Positions 12,874 to 25,767 of a stretch of DNA of 64,000 bases are shown here, piece by piece. The DNA is from Felis catus (taxonomy: Eukaryota). A model generated the notes under the pieces. That model had not been told where the DNA came from, searched no databases, and saw nothing but the letters and a program-made list of their open reading frames with translations. Position numbers and translations under genes: made by a program. The stretch is from assembly GCF_018350175.1 (NCBI RefSeq), contig NC_058380.1, positions 57,288,001 to 57,352,000 on the forward strand, given 5' to 3'. Position 1 is the stretch's first letter. Each line of letters opens with the position of its first letter.

Positions 12874-14063
12874 GGGGATCCAGGCAGTTCCTTTTGTTTC
12901 CCTTGGAGCCCAAACTCTGGGCTCTGTGTACTGTGTCCAGGGCTGTGGGGTGGAGCCAGAGGCAGGAGGCAATGCCAGGGGAGGAGAGAGGAGGAGGCGT
13001 TAGTTTGATAACTGCCAGGGCAAAGGCCAGTGAAACAGGAGAGCAGGGACTCACTGGTTTGTCTACTCCAGAACAAATGCAGTCGGCCAAGTGGGGCAGG
13101 GAAAAGTCTGAGTAGGGCCTCCCCATTCCAGGAAGGCCTAAGGTGGGAAGGGAAAGAACAAAAACTGTTAGGTCCACTCAGCTCTATCATAAAAGAAGAC
13201 CCTTCCTTCTTAAGCCTCCTGCTTGAAGACATGTGGGTGCTACTCTTTGTGAGTCTTAGTTGGAGGTGATAGAGTTCCTGGGAAAAGAGGTCTCTGAGGG
13301 AAGCCCAGAGGGGAGGTCACAGGGAGAAAAAGGAACCTAGGGACCTCAAAGCAGTGACATTGTTTATTTTCAGTAATTTAATCTGATGAATTACTTATTG
13401 ATTACCCACCATAATCTGGATCATCATTCAACAAATTATGCCATGCTTTCCTACACACATTCTGTAGTCAGAAGAGCTAAACTCCACATGACTTTGGGCA
13501 AGTCATTTAGTGTCTCTGAACCCCACCATCATTTACAAAATGCAGATACTAGGACTCACCCTGCTACTGTTGTGAGGCTAAAATTAATATATACAAATGT
13601 GTTTTGTAATAGTAAAGACCATGAAGTCAGAAGAGGGGAAGGGTAGGAGAAAGAGCATGGGCATGAGGTCACGCAGTCATGCGCTCCTAATAGCTTGTGG
13701 CCTTGAGCCAACCTTACCTTTTGTGAGCAGGCAACTTAACTTCTGAACCTGAATTCCCTAAACTCTAACATGAAAGTTAAAATAACCCAACCTATCAGGA
13801 TGCTGTTAAGGATAAAGTCAGTGTGGGAAAGAATTTACCCCAGGCACCTGGCACACAGCTACTAAAACTTAATTTTCTTCCCTGTTGTCTAATACTTTCT
13901 CAAAGCTTCTAACACATATGGGAGATCTGTGACTGGTTAGTAAATTCAGTGGATATTGGTTTTCCTAATGTGGGAGGTCACGGAAAGGAGATACAACAGT
14001 AATGTTGGGTTTTTAAGACTAGGGTTTTAAGAACAAATTAGAATTTGTTAAGAAAACAATTCA

Positions 14064-14870
14064 GGGGGCACCTGGCTGGCTCAGTCAGAAGAGCATGCAA
14101 CTCTTAGTCTCAGGGTTATGAGTTCAAGCCCCACACTGGCTTCAGAGCATATTTAAAAAAAAAAAAAAAAAAAAGGAAGGGGTGCCTGGGTGGCTCAGTT
14201 GGTTAAGTGTCCATCCGACTCTTAACTTTGGCTCGGGTCATGATCTCATTGTTTGTGGGTTTAAGCCCTGTGTCAGGCTCTGCACTGACACAGCAAGGAG
14301 CCTGCTTGAGATTCTCTTTCTCTCCCCTCTCTGTCAAAATAAATACAAACTATAAAAAAGTAGGGGAGGCACCTGAGTGGCTCAATTCTTTAAACGTCCA
14401 GCTCTTGATTTCAACTCAGGTCATGATCTCACGGTTCATGGGATCGAACAGCGCAGAGCCTGCTCACATTTTCTCTCTTCCCTCCCCTGCTCACTCTCTC
14501 TCTCTCAAAATAAATAGACATTTAATTTTTTTTTTAATTTTAAAAAAAGGAGGGGGAAAACAATTTGGATTCTAAGAGGAGTACAGACCAGAAAGAAGAG
14601 ATCTCAGGGGTGCCCGGGTGGCTCATTTGGTTAAGCGTCTGACTTTGCTCAGGTCATGATCTCAGAGCTCATGAGTTTGAGCCTTGTGTCAGGCTCTGTG
14701 CTGACAGCTCAGAGCCTGGAACCTGCTTCAGATCTGTGTCTCCCTCTCTCTCTGCCCCTCCCCCACTTGTGCTCTGTCTCTCTCTATCTCTCTCTCCCAA
14801 AAATAAACAAACATTAAAAAGTTTTTATTTAAAAAAGTAAAAATAAATTAAAAATTTTTTTTAAATAAAG
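14064..14870 (+). mobile_element. Tandem cluster of about four Can-SINEs
   Basis: Repeated GGGGCACCTGG(C/G)TGGCTCA heads at ~14064, 14178, 14365 and 14607, each with (CT)n and/or an A tail. Confidence 0.85.
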
Positions 14871-15534
14871 GAGCTCTCAGAAGGGAGCATGACTGGAACT
14901 CAGCTCTGGGGCTGAGTCAGGGCCAGGTCAGTACACCTTTCCAGGAGGCAGAGCCTCTGCTCTTCCCCCTACCCAACTGACAGTGCCCAGGCTGACCAAA
15001 CACATGTCACTGACCTGGGGATTACACAAGAACACTGGGCCCCAAGGAATACATTTCATGTTCCTTGCTATTCTGCCAAAGACAGCCTTGGAATGTGTCC
15101 TTTAGAGCTAGAGTTGTAGGGGACTTGACTCACTATTAAGGAAATATGCTAGATGGGGATGGGAACTGAGGGGAGAGCCCAGAAAAGTAACAGTGTGTCA
15201 AGGTTAACAACCTGGACTTGGGGATTCCCTAACAGAATCCAACCCGACTATTGGTTGCACACTGCGTACCTGTTCCCTACTCCCATCTCCTTCTTCCTAA
15301 CAGAGCCTTAATTCTGTTCTGTGGAGCAGCCAGAAACTTCAGGGAAGCTTGGAGCCAGCCCTGGGAATGAGTCTTAATTAGTCTAAGCCCATAATAGTGA
15401 TCCTGTCCCCTTGCCGGCAATTAGTTAGGCATGGGCTGGTGGCATTCTGGACAATAAAGGGAAGTCAGCCAGGATGAGAAAAAGTCCCAAGAAAAGTAAG
15501 CAATGTAAAATGCTGTTTAAAAAGATGCATAACA

Positions 15535-15780
15535 GTGGTGCCTGGGTGGCCAGTCAAGTGTCTGACTTTGGCTCAGGTCATGATCTCACAGTTCATGAGT
15601 TCGAGCCCCACGTCAGGCTCTGTGCTGACAGCTTGGAGCCTGGAGCCTACTTTGGATTCTGTGTCTCCCTCTCTCTCCGCTGCTACCCTGCTTGTGCACA
15701 TGCTCTCTGTCTCTCTCTTTCTTTCTCTCTCTCTCAAAATAAATAAATGTTTTTTCAAAATCTTAAAAAAAAAAAAAAAG
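15535..15780 (+). mobile_element. Can-SINE (SINEC_Fc type)
   Basis: tRNA-derived head, CAGGTCATGATCTCAC core, (CT)n, poly(A). Confidence 0.85.
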
Positions 15781-15990
15781 ATGCATGGCAAATTAGAGAA
15801 AGAGATGGACAAGAAGGAATAATGTCCCTTCCCGCCTCTAGAAATTATATGGACATGATGACAGAACTTTGGTAGGCATCATGAAACTTTGTGGAATGCA
15901 AAGCTAATCTGAGGACAAAACCTGAATACAGCAAGGATGGGTGGTAAAGTAGAAAGGCCTGGGTCCTTGATGAGCTACTGAATTAATCAA

Positions 15991-16203
15991 CCTTTTTTTT
16001 AATGTTTATTTATTTTGAGAGAATGAGCAAGCATAAGTGGGGGAGGGGCAGATAGAGGGGGAGAAAGAGAATCCCACCCAAGGGGGCTCTGTGTTGTCAA
16101 TGAGGAGCCCTAGAAGGGGCTCAGTCCCAGGAACCATGAGATCATGACCTGAGCCAAAATCAAGAGTCAGGTGCTTAACCATCTGAGCCACCCAGGCGCC
16201 CCT
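15991..16203 (-). mobile_element. Can-SINE
   Basis: Reverse-complement head ...CTGAGCCACCCAGGCGCCCC with T-rich tail. Confidence 0.85.
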
Positions 16204-16690
16204 TAACCAATCTTTTTATGTGAAATAATTAATTATATTATTGTTAAGGCCAGTTTAAGTTTTCTTTTACTTAGAGCCCAAGCATCATACATAAAAATAA
16301 AAACAAAAACAAAAAACAACAACAAAAAAAACTAGTTCAAATTCTAGCTTCACTAGAGATATGGACCTTAGCCAAATTCATCTCATTAACCCTCAGTTTT
16401 CTTATCCATAAAATGAGGACATTACTGTTACCTCTTCTTTGAGTAGGACAAAATAGATAACAGGACAAGATAGTAGCATGAGATGATACAAAAAGAGCAA
16501 CTGGCCCATGCTTATGTTAAGTGCTAACTAAACAGCAATTCATAGTGTTTGGTTGGAATTTGTTGGGAATGGGAGACAGGAAAAGAGCTGAGAACAGTAA
16601 CAGAGGTTGGGGGCTCAGGGGAAAGAGGGTGAAGCTGAGAAAATGAAAGTTCAAACTTAAGTTGGAGTATACATTAGAATGTAGAGACTA

Positions 16691-16920
16691 GGGACACCTG
16701 GGTGACTCAGTTAAGCGTCTGACTTCAGCTCAGGTCATGATCTCACAGTTTGTGAGTTCGAGCCCCACATCGAGCTGTTTGCTGACAGCGCAGAGCCTGG
16801 AGCCTGCCTTGGATTCTGTGTCTCCCTCTTTCTCTGCCCCTCCTCCGCTGGCTCTCTCTCTCTCTCTCTCTCTCTCTCGCTCTCAAAAATAATATTTTTA
16901 AATTTTATTAAAAAAAAAAA
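16691..16920 (+). mobile_element. Can-SINE
   Basis: Head, core, (CT)n, poly(A); flanking duplication GTAGAGACTAG. Confidence 0.85.
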
Positions 16921-17799
16921 CGTAGAGACTAGAACAAATTCTGTAGAACAGACCATGGCAGTTAGAATCAGTGTGTGAGTTAATACATACCGCATACAGT
17001 TAGTCTTAGATTTGTGTGAAGTCTTAGATTTGTGAAGAAGCAATCTACTCCTATTGGTGAAATGGCCTGTAACTATTATTGTTTCCATCTGTGTAGACAA
17101 TATTTCTAAGATCTGTGAAGATCAGAAAGGTGTTCTAACCTGGGAAGGAAGTGAAAGAACTAGCTAAGGGGCCCATAGGAATGCTCATTGCCTCTGTGCC
17201 CCATTCCAGGGGACGGTCGTCATGGCAACCCAACCACAACTTGCTCCTGGTGGACACTGCAAACCCAGTGTTGGTGCAGAGAATGTTTCACTAGGATTCC
17301 ACCCATCCATGAAATGAAGGTCCAGTTAGGAAAGCCACATCAGTGCCCTGCCTGTTCCACACAGCCTGTTAGGTCTCCAAAACAGCAGTCTATAACTTTC
17401 TGTGGCTCTGCCTTTGATCCTGACCAGGAATTGCTGTAAAAGTTCATGTAAGTACAAATATCAAATCATTATGTTGCACACCTGAAACTAATATAATGTC
17501 ATATGTCAACTATATCTCAATTTTTTAAAAGCAATCAGAATATTTATCAAACAAAAATTTCAGATGGATCCCAGGTCAGTCATTTGATTGTAAGACAATA
17601 CGGGCAAGCATAAATCCCCTCTATGAGGATAAATGGAAAGAAAATCATGGGGCCTTTGAAAAAAATTTCTCAGATCAAGAGACCATCAAAAGTGAAACAA
17701 GAAGTGAAAAGAATAAATTCCAAAAGATTACAGACAACATGAAACCCTTTTTAAATTCAAGTAAATAGATAAAAATGATCCAATAATTCTAATGAAAAT

Positions 17800-18140
17800 A
17801 TTAATTCAAAAGATATATGCACCCCTATCTATGTTCATTGCAGTATTATTTATAATAGCCAACATACGGAAGCAACATAAGTGTCTGTCGGTAAGATGAA
17901 TGGATAAAGATGTGGTGTGTATATATACACAATGCAATATTACTCAACCATAGAAAAAGAAATCATACCATTTGCAACAACCTGGCTGAACCTAGAGGGT
18001 ATTATGCTAAGTGAAGTAAGTCAGACCAAGAAAGACAAATGCCACATAATTTCACTTATATGTAGAATCAAAAAAACAAAACAAAACAAATGAATGAACA
18101 GACTCATAAGAACAAAGTGGTGGTTGCCAGAGAGGATGGG
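17800..18140 (+). mobile_element. Old LINE-1 3' fragment
   Basis: L1 ORF2-end/3'UTR motifs (ATGTTCATTGCAG, GATGAATGGATAAAG, ATGCTAAGTGAAGTAAGTCAG, GTGGTTGCCAG). Confidence 0.7.
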
Positions 18141-19171
18141 CAAAATAGGCAAAAAGAAATATACAGAGAGGGAGAGATGCAATAAACCTACATAAAAAGG
18201 AAAGCAAGGTAATGATGGGCATGAGTTTCAGATGCTTACCTCACATGGAGTGAGACAAAATGAGAGAGGAGACCATACAGTGAGATGTACGTTAATGTCA
18301 AGATCCCAGTTTTTGTTTGGGATGGTGGTTTCATAAATTCTTATTATTACACATTAAGAAGAAATCAATCAAAGCATCAATAAATGATGAGACTATATCA
18401 TAAACCAAAGATTATGATAACCCAAATCTTAGCATTTGACATCCAAGAGGTAGGGTGGGGATGGAAGGAATCCAAGTAGAAATGACCAGAAATGGTGGTA
18501 TTGACTAGAAGATTTTAATATACTTTTCTGTCTTTAGTAACTCAAGAAGTCAAAATATTAAAAAGGAATACCAGAATATGAATAAGGATGACTTATTAAC
18601 TATACACAGGGGACTTTAAAAACTGGTCATATAGTCTAGTCCTAACTAGAACATGGGATGGGTAATACAGGTCTGTGCAAATTACTTAAAGTCTTTGAGC
18701 CACATCTGTAAAATGAAAGAGATGCATTGGATGGCTATTAAGACTTTTTCCAGTTCTGGGGCACCTGGCTGGCTCAGTCAGTGGAGCATGTGACTCTTGA
18801 TCTTGGGGTTGTGACTTTGAGCCCCATACTGGGTGTGGGGATTACTTAAAAATAAAATCTTTAAAGGAAAAAAAAAATATTCTTTCCAGTTCTAACTCCC
18901 TTATCTATTTACCAGTGAAAATATTTTATGGGCTTAAAAAACACATTTTTGAAAAAATAATAGAAATTTTGGCATGCTCTCAGAGTAATTCCTAAATGCA
19001 ACTATATTTGTAAAATCTCATATGCTTCAATGATCTTTAAAATGTGCATTTTCCTCTTAGGATGCAGCTTCAATTGAATCTTATTCAACTATTAGTTGTC
19101 CTGAAAATAGGCCACTATCAATATCACAGAGGATGGATCAAAGGAAAGGAAATGGTACAGTCTCTTTCTGG

Positions 19172-19363
19172 CTTTTTTTAAAAGTTTATTTATTTTTTTG
19201 GCGGGGGGAGCAGAGAGAGAGAGGGAAAGAGAGAGAATCCCAAGCAGAATCCGTGCTGCCAGCGCAGAGCCCATCTCTGGGCTTGATTTCTTGAACCATG
19301 AGATCATGATCTGAGCCAAAATCAAGTCAGACGCTTAACCAACTGAGCCTCCCAGGCGCCCCT
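19172..19363 (-). mobile_element. Can-SINE
   Basis: Reverse-complement head/core and T tail. Confidence 0.8.
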
Positions 19364-20607
19364 CCTTCTGGCATTTTTATATGTATAGTATTCTTAAAAT
19401 CCACAAGGATCAATATTAATTTATTCAGTCAACTAACTTTTATTGAACATCTCTGCCAGGCAATTACATTCTGGTCAATATAGAGATGAATAAATGAATT
19501 AGACATAATTCCTAACCACAGTGATTTTACAACTTTAAAGAAGAGACAGAGATACAGAGAAAGTCAAAATACAATAAATTGCCACAATAGAGATTTAAAA
19601 AAAAAAATTACCTTAAGCTACAAAGAAAAATCTCAAAAATCCCAACAAGCACAAAATAAGCCACATCTTTTCACACAAACACAATAAACCTGTAAACGGA
19701 AAATAAAAATTAGGTTAACCAAACAAAAAAAAAAACAACACTAAGACATTTTTTAAATGCCTTCTTAAATAATTCTTGGAGCAAAAGAAAAAAAGTATGA
19801 TTACATACCATCATTTAGAGATAAATAACAACTGAGAACTCAATCAAATCTTTATTGAGGCAAGTTTTAGCCTCAAGTGCATACTGACATCATGACTAAG
19901 GACATAGGCTCAGTTCTGGATCTGTCACTTACTAACTATACAACCTTGGGTGAATTAGTAAACTCTCTGGATCTCTTTTCATGGTGAGTAGGAGAGGGGC
20001 AGAGAGAGAGGGAGGCACAGAATCCAAAGCAGGCTCCAGGCTCTGAGCTGTCAGCACAGAGTCCAACCCAGGGCTGGAATCCATGAACCGCAAGATCGTG
20101 ACCTGAGTAGAGATCAGATATTTAACTGACTGAGCCACCCAGGCATCCCTACAACAGTGATTTCTTAAGCAGGAATGTGCTTCAGAATTACCTAGAGTGT
20201 TTTTTTTAAATATTCATGGCTGGCCCCATCCAGGTTATTCTGGGAATTAGGGCACTGGTATATTTTTTAAAGTTTTAACTTGGAAAAAAAACCTACAGAA
20301 AAATCACAGTAAAAATATAACCTTTACTTAGATTTACCAATTGTTAACATTTTGCAGCTTGGAAGTATGAGATTCCACATGCCCAATGAAGAAAGGAGAA
20401 GCAGATATAGATGGACACTGATATCTATCTATACCACATTCATGTCTCTGAAGCCTGGTCTCCCAGCAGATGAACTGGTTACCCTTACCAATTAGCTGTG
20501 CCTAGCGAGGGCAGGGGGTCATGCACTGCAGACTGTGAGGACGTCAGCAGAATAGGCTGCAGACAGGCTAGCCAGGTAAACAAATCTAAAACCAACTAAT
20601 TACCTAA

Positions 20608-20730
20608 GGGCGCCAGGGTGGTTCAGTCGGCTAAGCAGCTGACTTCTGCTCGGGTCATGATCTCAGAGCTCGTGAGTTCCAGCATAGCATCAGGCTCTGT
20701 GCTGATAACTCAGAGCCTGGAGCCTGCTTC

Positions 20731-20786
<56 letters not shown>

Positions 20787-20842
20787 CCTCCCCTTCTTGG
20801 ACTCTGTCTCTCAAAAATGAACGAGCGTAAAAAAATTTTTTT
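20608..20842 (+). mobile_element. Can-SINE with long (CT)n
   Basis: Head, core, ~24 CT units, A tail. Confidence 0.8.
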
Positions 20843-21016
20843 AAACCAGCTAACTACGTAAGTTGCCTAGCAAATAGCTGAGCAGTCAACTCAAGAAGCT
20901 AGGAAAAGAGGAATATCATAAGCTAAGGAAAAGAGGAAAAATTTATGAAGCTGACTGTAGACACCAATAAACCAGAAACCAGAAAAACAATTGAAATGAT
21001 TATTCTAGGAGCTGTA

Positions 21017-21059
<43 letters not shown>

Positions 21060-21280
21060 GCAAATAAGCCAACTACTGGCACAGCTAGCCAAGAGAAAAA
21101 GATTACACAAGCCCTCCAGGTGGCATGAGGAAATGGCTAAAAACACAGGCACACAGGAATTTTTTTTTAACTATCTAAGAATACTAGGGGCACCTGGGTG
21201 GCTCAATCAGTTAAGTTTTCGACTTTGGCTCAGGTCATGATCTCACGGTTCCTGAGTTCGAACCAGGCTCTACAGTGCAC

Positions 21281-22027
21281 TGTGGGAAATCAAATAGCTA
21301 TATCCTGGGTTAGAAGATTATAGGGAATACATTGCAAAGCAGAACACTGCTTTCTGGCCTTGCTGAAAACAGCAGACCATGCTTAGCTTATCTAGTTAAT
21401 GTGTATCTAGGGATTAGGTCCTGCCTATGCTCATAAATTCCTTAGACCATGCTATCACATGGAATATTTGATCCTGTCTTAACTTGTTTTTCTGCACATT
21501 TCTTTTTATATATGAATATATATATAATTTATTGTCAAGTTGGCTAACATATAGTGTATACAGTGTGCTCTTGGTTTTGGGGGTAGATTCCCGTGATTCA
21601 TTGCTTACCTACAACACCCACTGCTTATCCAACAAGTGCCCTCCTCAATGCCCATCACCCATTTTCCTCTCTCCCTCTCCAGCCCCATCAACCCTCAGTT
21701 TGTTCTCTGTATTTAAGAGTCTTTTATTTTGCCTCCCTCCCTCTCTGTTTGTAACTATTTTTGCCCCTTCCCTTCCCCCATAGTCTTCTGTTGAGTTTCT
21801 CAAGTTCCACATGTGAGTTTCTGCACGTTTTCTATACGTTGTTACTCACATGTAGTCCACTGACATATTGCACAAGTTACCCTAAATGTATGCTCAATAA
21901 ATACGGGAGGTTGAGAGCAGCTCAGGGACACTTCCCTTAGTCTCCCTCTCACCTCTCTTGTGGAGTCTTGAGTAACCCTTTCTGCCATCCTCAGCTTTGT
22001 TGGACAAAGCCAAAAGCTGAACCCACA
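21281..22027 (+). mobile_element. Putative solo ERV LTR
   Basis: Terminal inverted repeat TGTGGG...CCCACA; internal AATAAA at ~21896; interrupts a SINE. Confidence 0.6.
21503..21817 (-). mobile_element. Carnivore LINE-1 3' end inserted in the LTR
   Basis: Reverse complement of an L1 3'UTR resembling the copy at 725-1057; flanking duplication TTTCTGCAC(A/G)TTT. Confidence 0.7.
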
Positions 22028-22699
22028 CAGTGCAGAGCCTGGTCGGATTTTCTGTCTCCCGCTTCTTCTGTCCCTCCCAGGCTCATACTCTCTCTCAAAA
22101 ATAAATAAACATTAAAAAAGAAAATAACAGAATACTAAGTGAAACTTCATATAACTAAACCAAAAAAATCTCAGTGCAATTAATATTGTCTGGGAAAATA
22201 TAAATGAATATCAACCCAAAATGACACAGAACACCTGAAGAAGACAATAGCCACAGAAGAAACTGAAAAAGCAGTTGAATAGATGCCCCCTACCAAAAGA
22301 CCTACATTACACTCAATTTACAAAATTAGTTACTAAGACCTAACAACCTCACACAAGTTATACAGATGAAAAATCCTAAATAAAACATCAAACCAGGGAT
22401 AGCAAATAGCAGGATGCTTACCATCACTGTCTTCTCTCCTCCAATCCAGCGGCAAATACCACTAAATGATCGCAGCCCTCTTTCTGGGACCTCTCAAGGC
22501 TCTGCAAGACAGCATATCTTGAGTGGTTTCTGCCAAAAGCACAGCGTCATGGAGAGCTGGCAAATGTTCTTTATCATCCCTGAATTGAGAGTTCGATACG
22601 GGCAGATACTTTATCTGTTGATATTGTTCACAGTTGTATCTCTAGCATGAAGCACTGGTGCCTGGCACATAATAAAAAAAAAAAAATCTAGCAATATTG

Positions 22700-23234
22700 T
22701 AAATTTTTTTTAAGTTTATTTACTTTTGAGAGATAGAGTGAGCATGAGCGGGGAGGGGCAGAGAGAGAGGGAGACACAGAATCCAAAGGATCCAGGCTCT
22801 GAGCTGTCAGCACAGAGCCTGAAGTGGGGCTCAAACTCACAAACCATGAGATCCTGATCTGAGCTGAAGTCAGACGCTTAACTGACTGAGCCACCCAGGT
22901 GCCCCTAGCAATATTGTAAAAGAATAATATATGTCATGTTTCTAGGATTACAGCAATGATTGAACTAGAAAAATCTATCAATGTAATTAACATGAATACA
23001 CCAAAGGAAATAGCCATTTCATCACTCTAACAGACATGGGGAAATCATTTAAAAAATTAAATATCCATTTGTGATTTTTTTTTTTTGAAGATATTTTTGG
23101 GGCACCTGGGTTGCTCAGTCACTGAAGCGTCCCACTTCGGCTCAGGTCACGAACTTGCAGTCCGTGAGCATGAGCCCCTTGTCGGGCTCTGTGCTGACAG
23201 CTCAGAGCCTGAGCCTGCTTCAGATTCTGTGTCT

Positions 23235-23284
<50 letters not shown>

Positions 23285-23900
23285 GCTCCTCCCCCACTCG
23301 CACTCTGTGTCTCTCTATGTCTCTCAAAAGTAAATAAACATTTAAAAAATTGTTTTAAGATCCTTTTTTTTTTTAAAGGAGGCTTCACTTCCAGTGTGAA
23401 GCCCAACATGGGGTTTAAACTCACAGCCCTGAGATCAAGACCTGAGCTGAGATCAAGAGTCCAACACTCAACCGACTGAACCACCCAGGCCCCCCCCATT
23501 TGTGAACTTTTTAAGTTTATTTATTTATTTTGAGAGAGAAAGCATGTGTGCCAGAGGGAGTAGGGGCAGAGAGAGAGAGAGAGAGAACCCAAAGTAGGCT
23601 CTGCACCAGTAGCGTGGAGCCTGATGAGGAGCTCAAACTACAAACCCTGAGATCATTACCTGAACCAAAAACAAGAGTTGGAAGCTTTTTTTTTTTTAAT
23701 GTTTATTTATTTAAGAGAGAGACAGAGCATGAGTGGAGGAGGGGGAGAGAGAGAGAGGGAAACACAGAATCCAAAGCAGGCTCCAGGCTCTTAGCTGTCA
23801 GCACAGAGCCTGATGTGGGGATCGAACTCACAGACCAAGAGATCATGACCTGAGCCAAAGTCAGACGCTTAATTAAGACTGAGCCACCCAGGCATGCTCC
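22700..23900. mobile_element. Cluster of about five Can-SINEs in both orientations
   Basis: 22700-22906 (-), 23099-23350 (+), 23380-23497 (-), 23510-23680 (-), 23685-23900 (-); coordinates approximate. Confidence 0.8.
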
Positions 23901-24639
23901 CATTTGTGATTTTTAAAAAGGTTTTTAGTAAACCAGAAATAGAAACATGATAAAGAATATTTGAAATGAACAGCCAATATCAAACTACATCCAAGAGAAA
24001 ATCCAGGGCCAGAACTGGCAAACAGATCTCATTCATCATACCAGTTCCAATTAACTAGTCACTTATGGGAATATTACTGTGAGGTTTCTGAAAAAGGGCT
24101 GTGGCTTAGCAAAAAAAAATACTAAGGATTAGCTACATTTGCCATTGGCATAAGCTGGATGCCAGCGTGTAGAGTTGACAGTCCTTCACTTTAGGCAATC
24201 TTACAGAAGTCAGAACCAAGACAAAACTGATCGCTTTCACCCTTATTATTCAACATTATTCTAGACAGTCTAGACAGTGCATGAAACCAAAACAAGTAAT
24301 AAGAACCATAAGTGTTGGAAAAGAAGAAAAAGATATCTGCTTGACTGTAAACCCCTAAGAAGCCACTGAAAAACAATGAGAATAAGAGGAGTATAAGATG
24401 GCTTATGACATGAAAAATAAATTGCACTATCAATAGCTTTCTTACTAGCCAGCACTACTAGTTAGACAACATGCTAGGGGACTTCCACCTCCAGCATTAT
24501 AGCAGATTATGTGTTCTTCAGCAATTACCCAAAGCAAATCAACTATATAAGGTTTAGGTAATTAATTGTGTGTTTACCTTTCAACAATTTGACTAGATTA
24601 TAATCCACAGAGCAACCACCAAGAAAGTAACTAAAATAT

Positions 24640-25260
24640 GTAAGTTTTAAAAAAGCAAATAGGAAAACCAGAATGGTATGCTAAAAGATATTAGCTTAAA
24701 CCAAACAGGTAGTAAAGGGGGAATAGAGGAACAAAACACATGAGGAACATGAGGCAATGAAAACATATGTCCACACAAAACCTGTACGTGAATATTCATA
24801 GGAGCATCATTCATAATAGCTAAAAAGTGGAAACAACCCAAATGGCAATCAGCCAATGAACAAACACAGTACATTCACACAATGGAATATTATTCAGCAA
24901 TAAAAAAAAAATGAAGTACAGATACATGCTATCACATGGATGAACCTTGAAAACGTTATGCTGAGTGAAAAAAACAAGATACCAAGAGACCATGTATTAC
25001 ATGATTCCATATATTAAATGTCCAGAAGAGGTAAATCTATACAATGAGAAAGTTAACTAACCGTTGCCTAGGACTGTGGGGCAGGATATAGGGAGTGACT
25101 GCCAATGGACATGAGGTTTCTCCTTGGAATGATGAAAATATTCTAGAATTAATTGTGATGATCGTTGCAAAATTGTGCATATAACAAAAACTACTGAATT
25201 TTACACTTTAAATGGGTGGATTATATGGCCTTTGAATTATATTTCAATACAAAACTGATA
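24640..25260 (+). mobile_element. Ancient L1M 3' fragment
   Basis: L1M motifs AAAAAGTGGAAACAACCCAAATG, ATGGATGAACCTTGAAAAC, TACACTTTAAATGGGTG. Confidence 0.7.
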
Positions 25261-25767
25261 AAAAATAAAACTGTAAAATACCCTAAAAAGCAACCCAAAT
25301 CTAATAAGGTAGAAGGAGGAGGAGTGGGGGAGGGGAGGAGGGGAAGGAGAAGGAGAAGAAAAAGAAAAACGTCAAGAGCAAGTTAAGTTTATTCTATAAA
25401 TGCAAAGTTGGTTTAATTTTAGAAAATTAATTAAAGTAATGTATCATTGTTTAGAAATCTTTTTTCTCCCTTCCTCCCATCCCTGCTATAGACAGTATAC
25501 TTTGGGCTTGGCCATATGACTTGCTTTCGTCACTGGAATGTTGACAGACATGACATGACCCTAAGGCATGAAAAGCAGTTGCAAAACCGTACTTGTCTTC
25601 TTACCCTTCTTCTAGCACAATGAGAAGAACATTCTGAGGCTATCAGTGGGTCCCAAGAAGAACAAGAGACAGATGGCATATAGCCAAACACTGTAGCCAA
25701 TTCTAGTTTAGAATGCTGGCTCAAATCAATAGATTTATGAGAATAAGTACTTGTTTTATGCCACTGG

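Larger units (their letters stand above)
21187..22125 (+). mobile_element. Can-SINE split by a solo LTR that itself contains an L1 fragment
   Basis: SINE 5' half 21187-21280 and 3' half 22028-22125, with flanking repeat AGAATACTA. Confidence 0.7.

Noticed and set aside
17188-17439. ORF containing GKPHQCPAC, resembling a zinc-finger linker
   Set aside because: No His pair or repeat, non-ATG start and no recognisable parent gene; insufficient for a pseudogene call.
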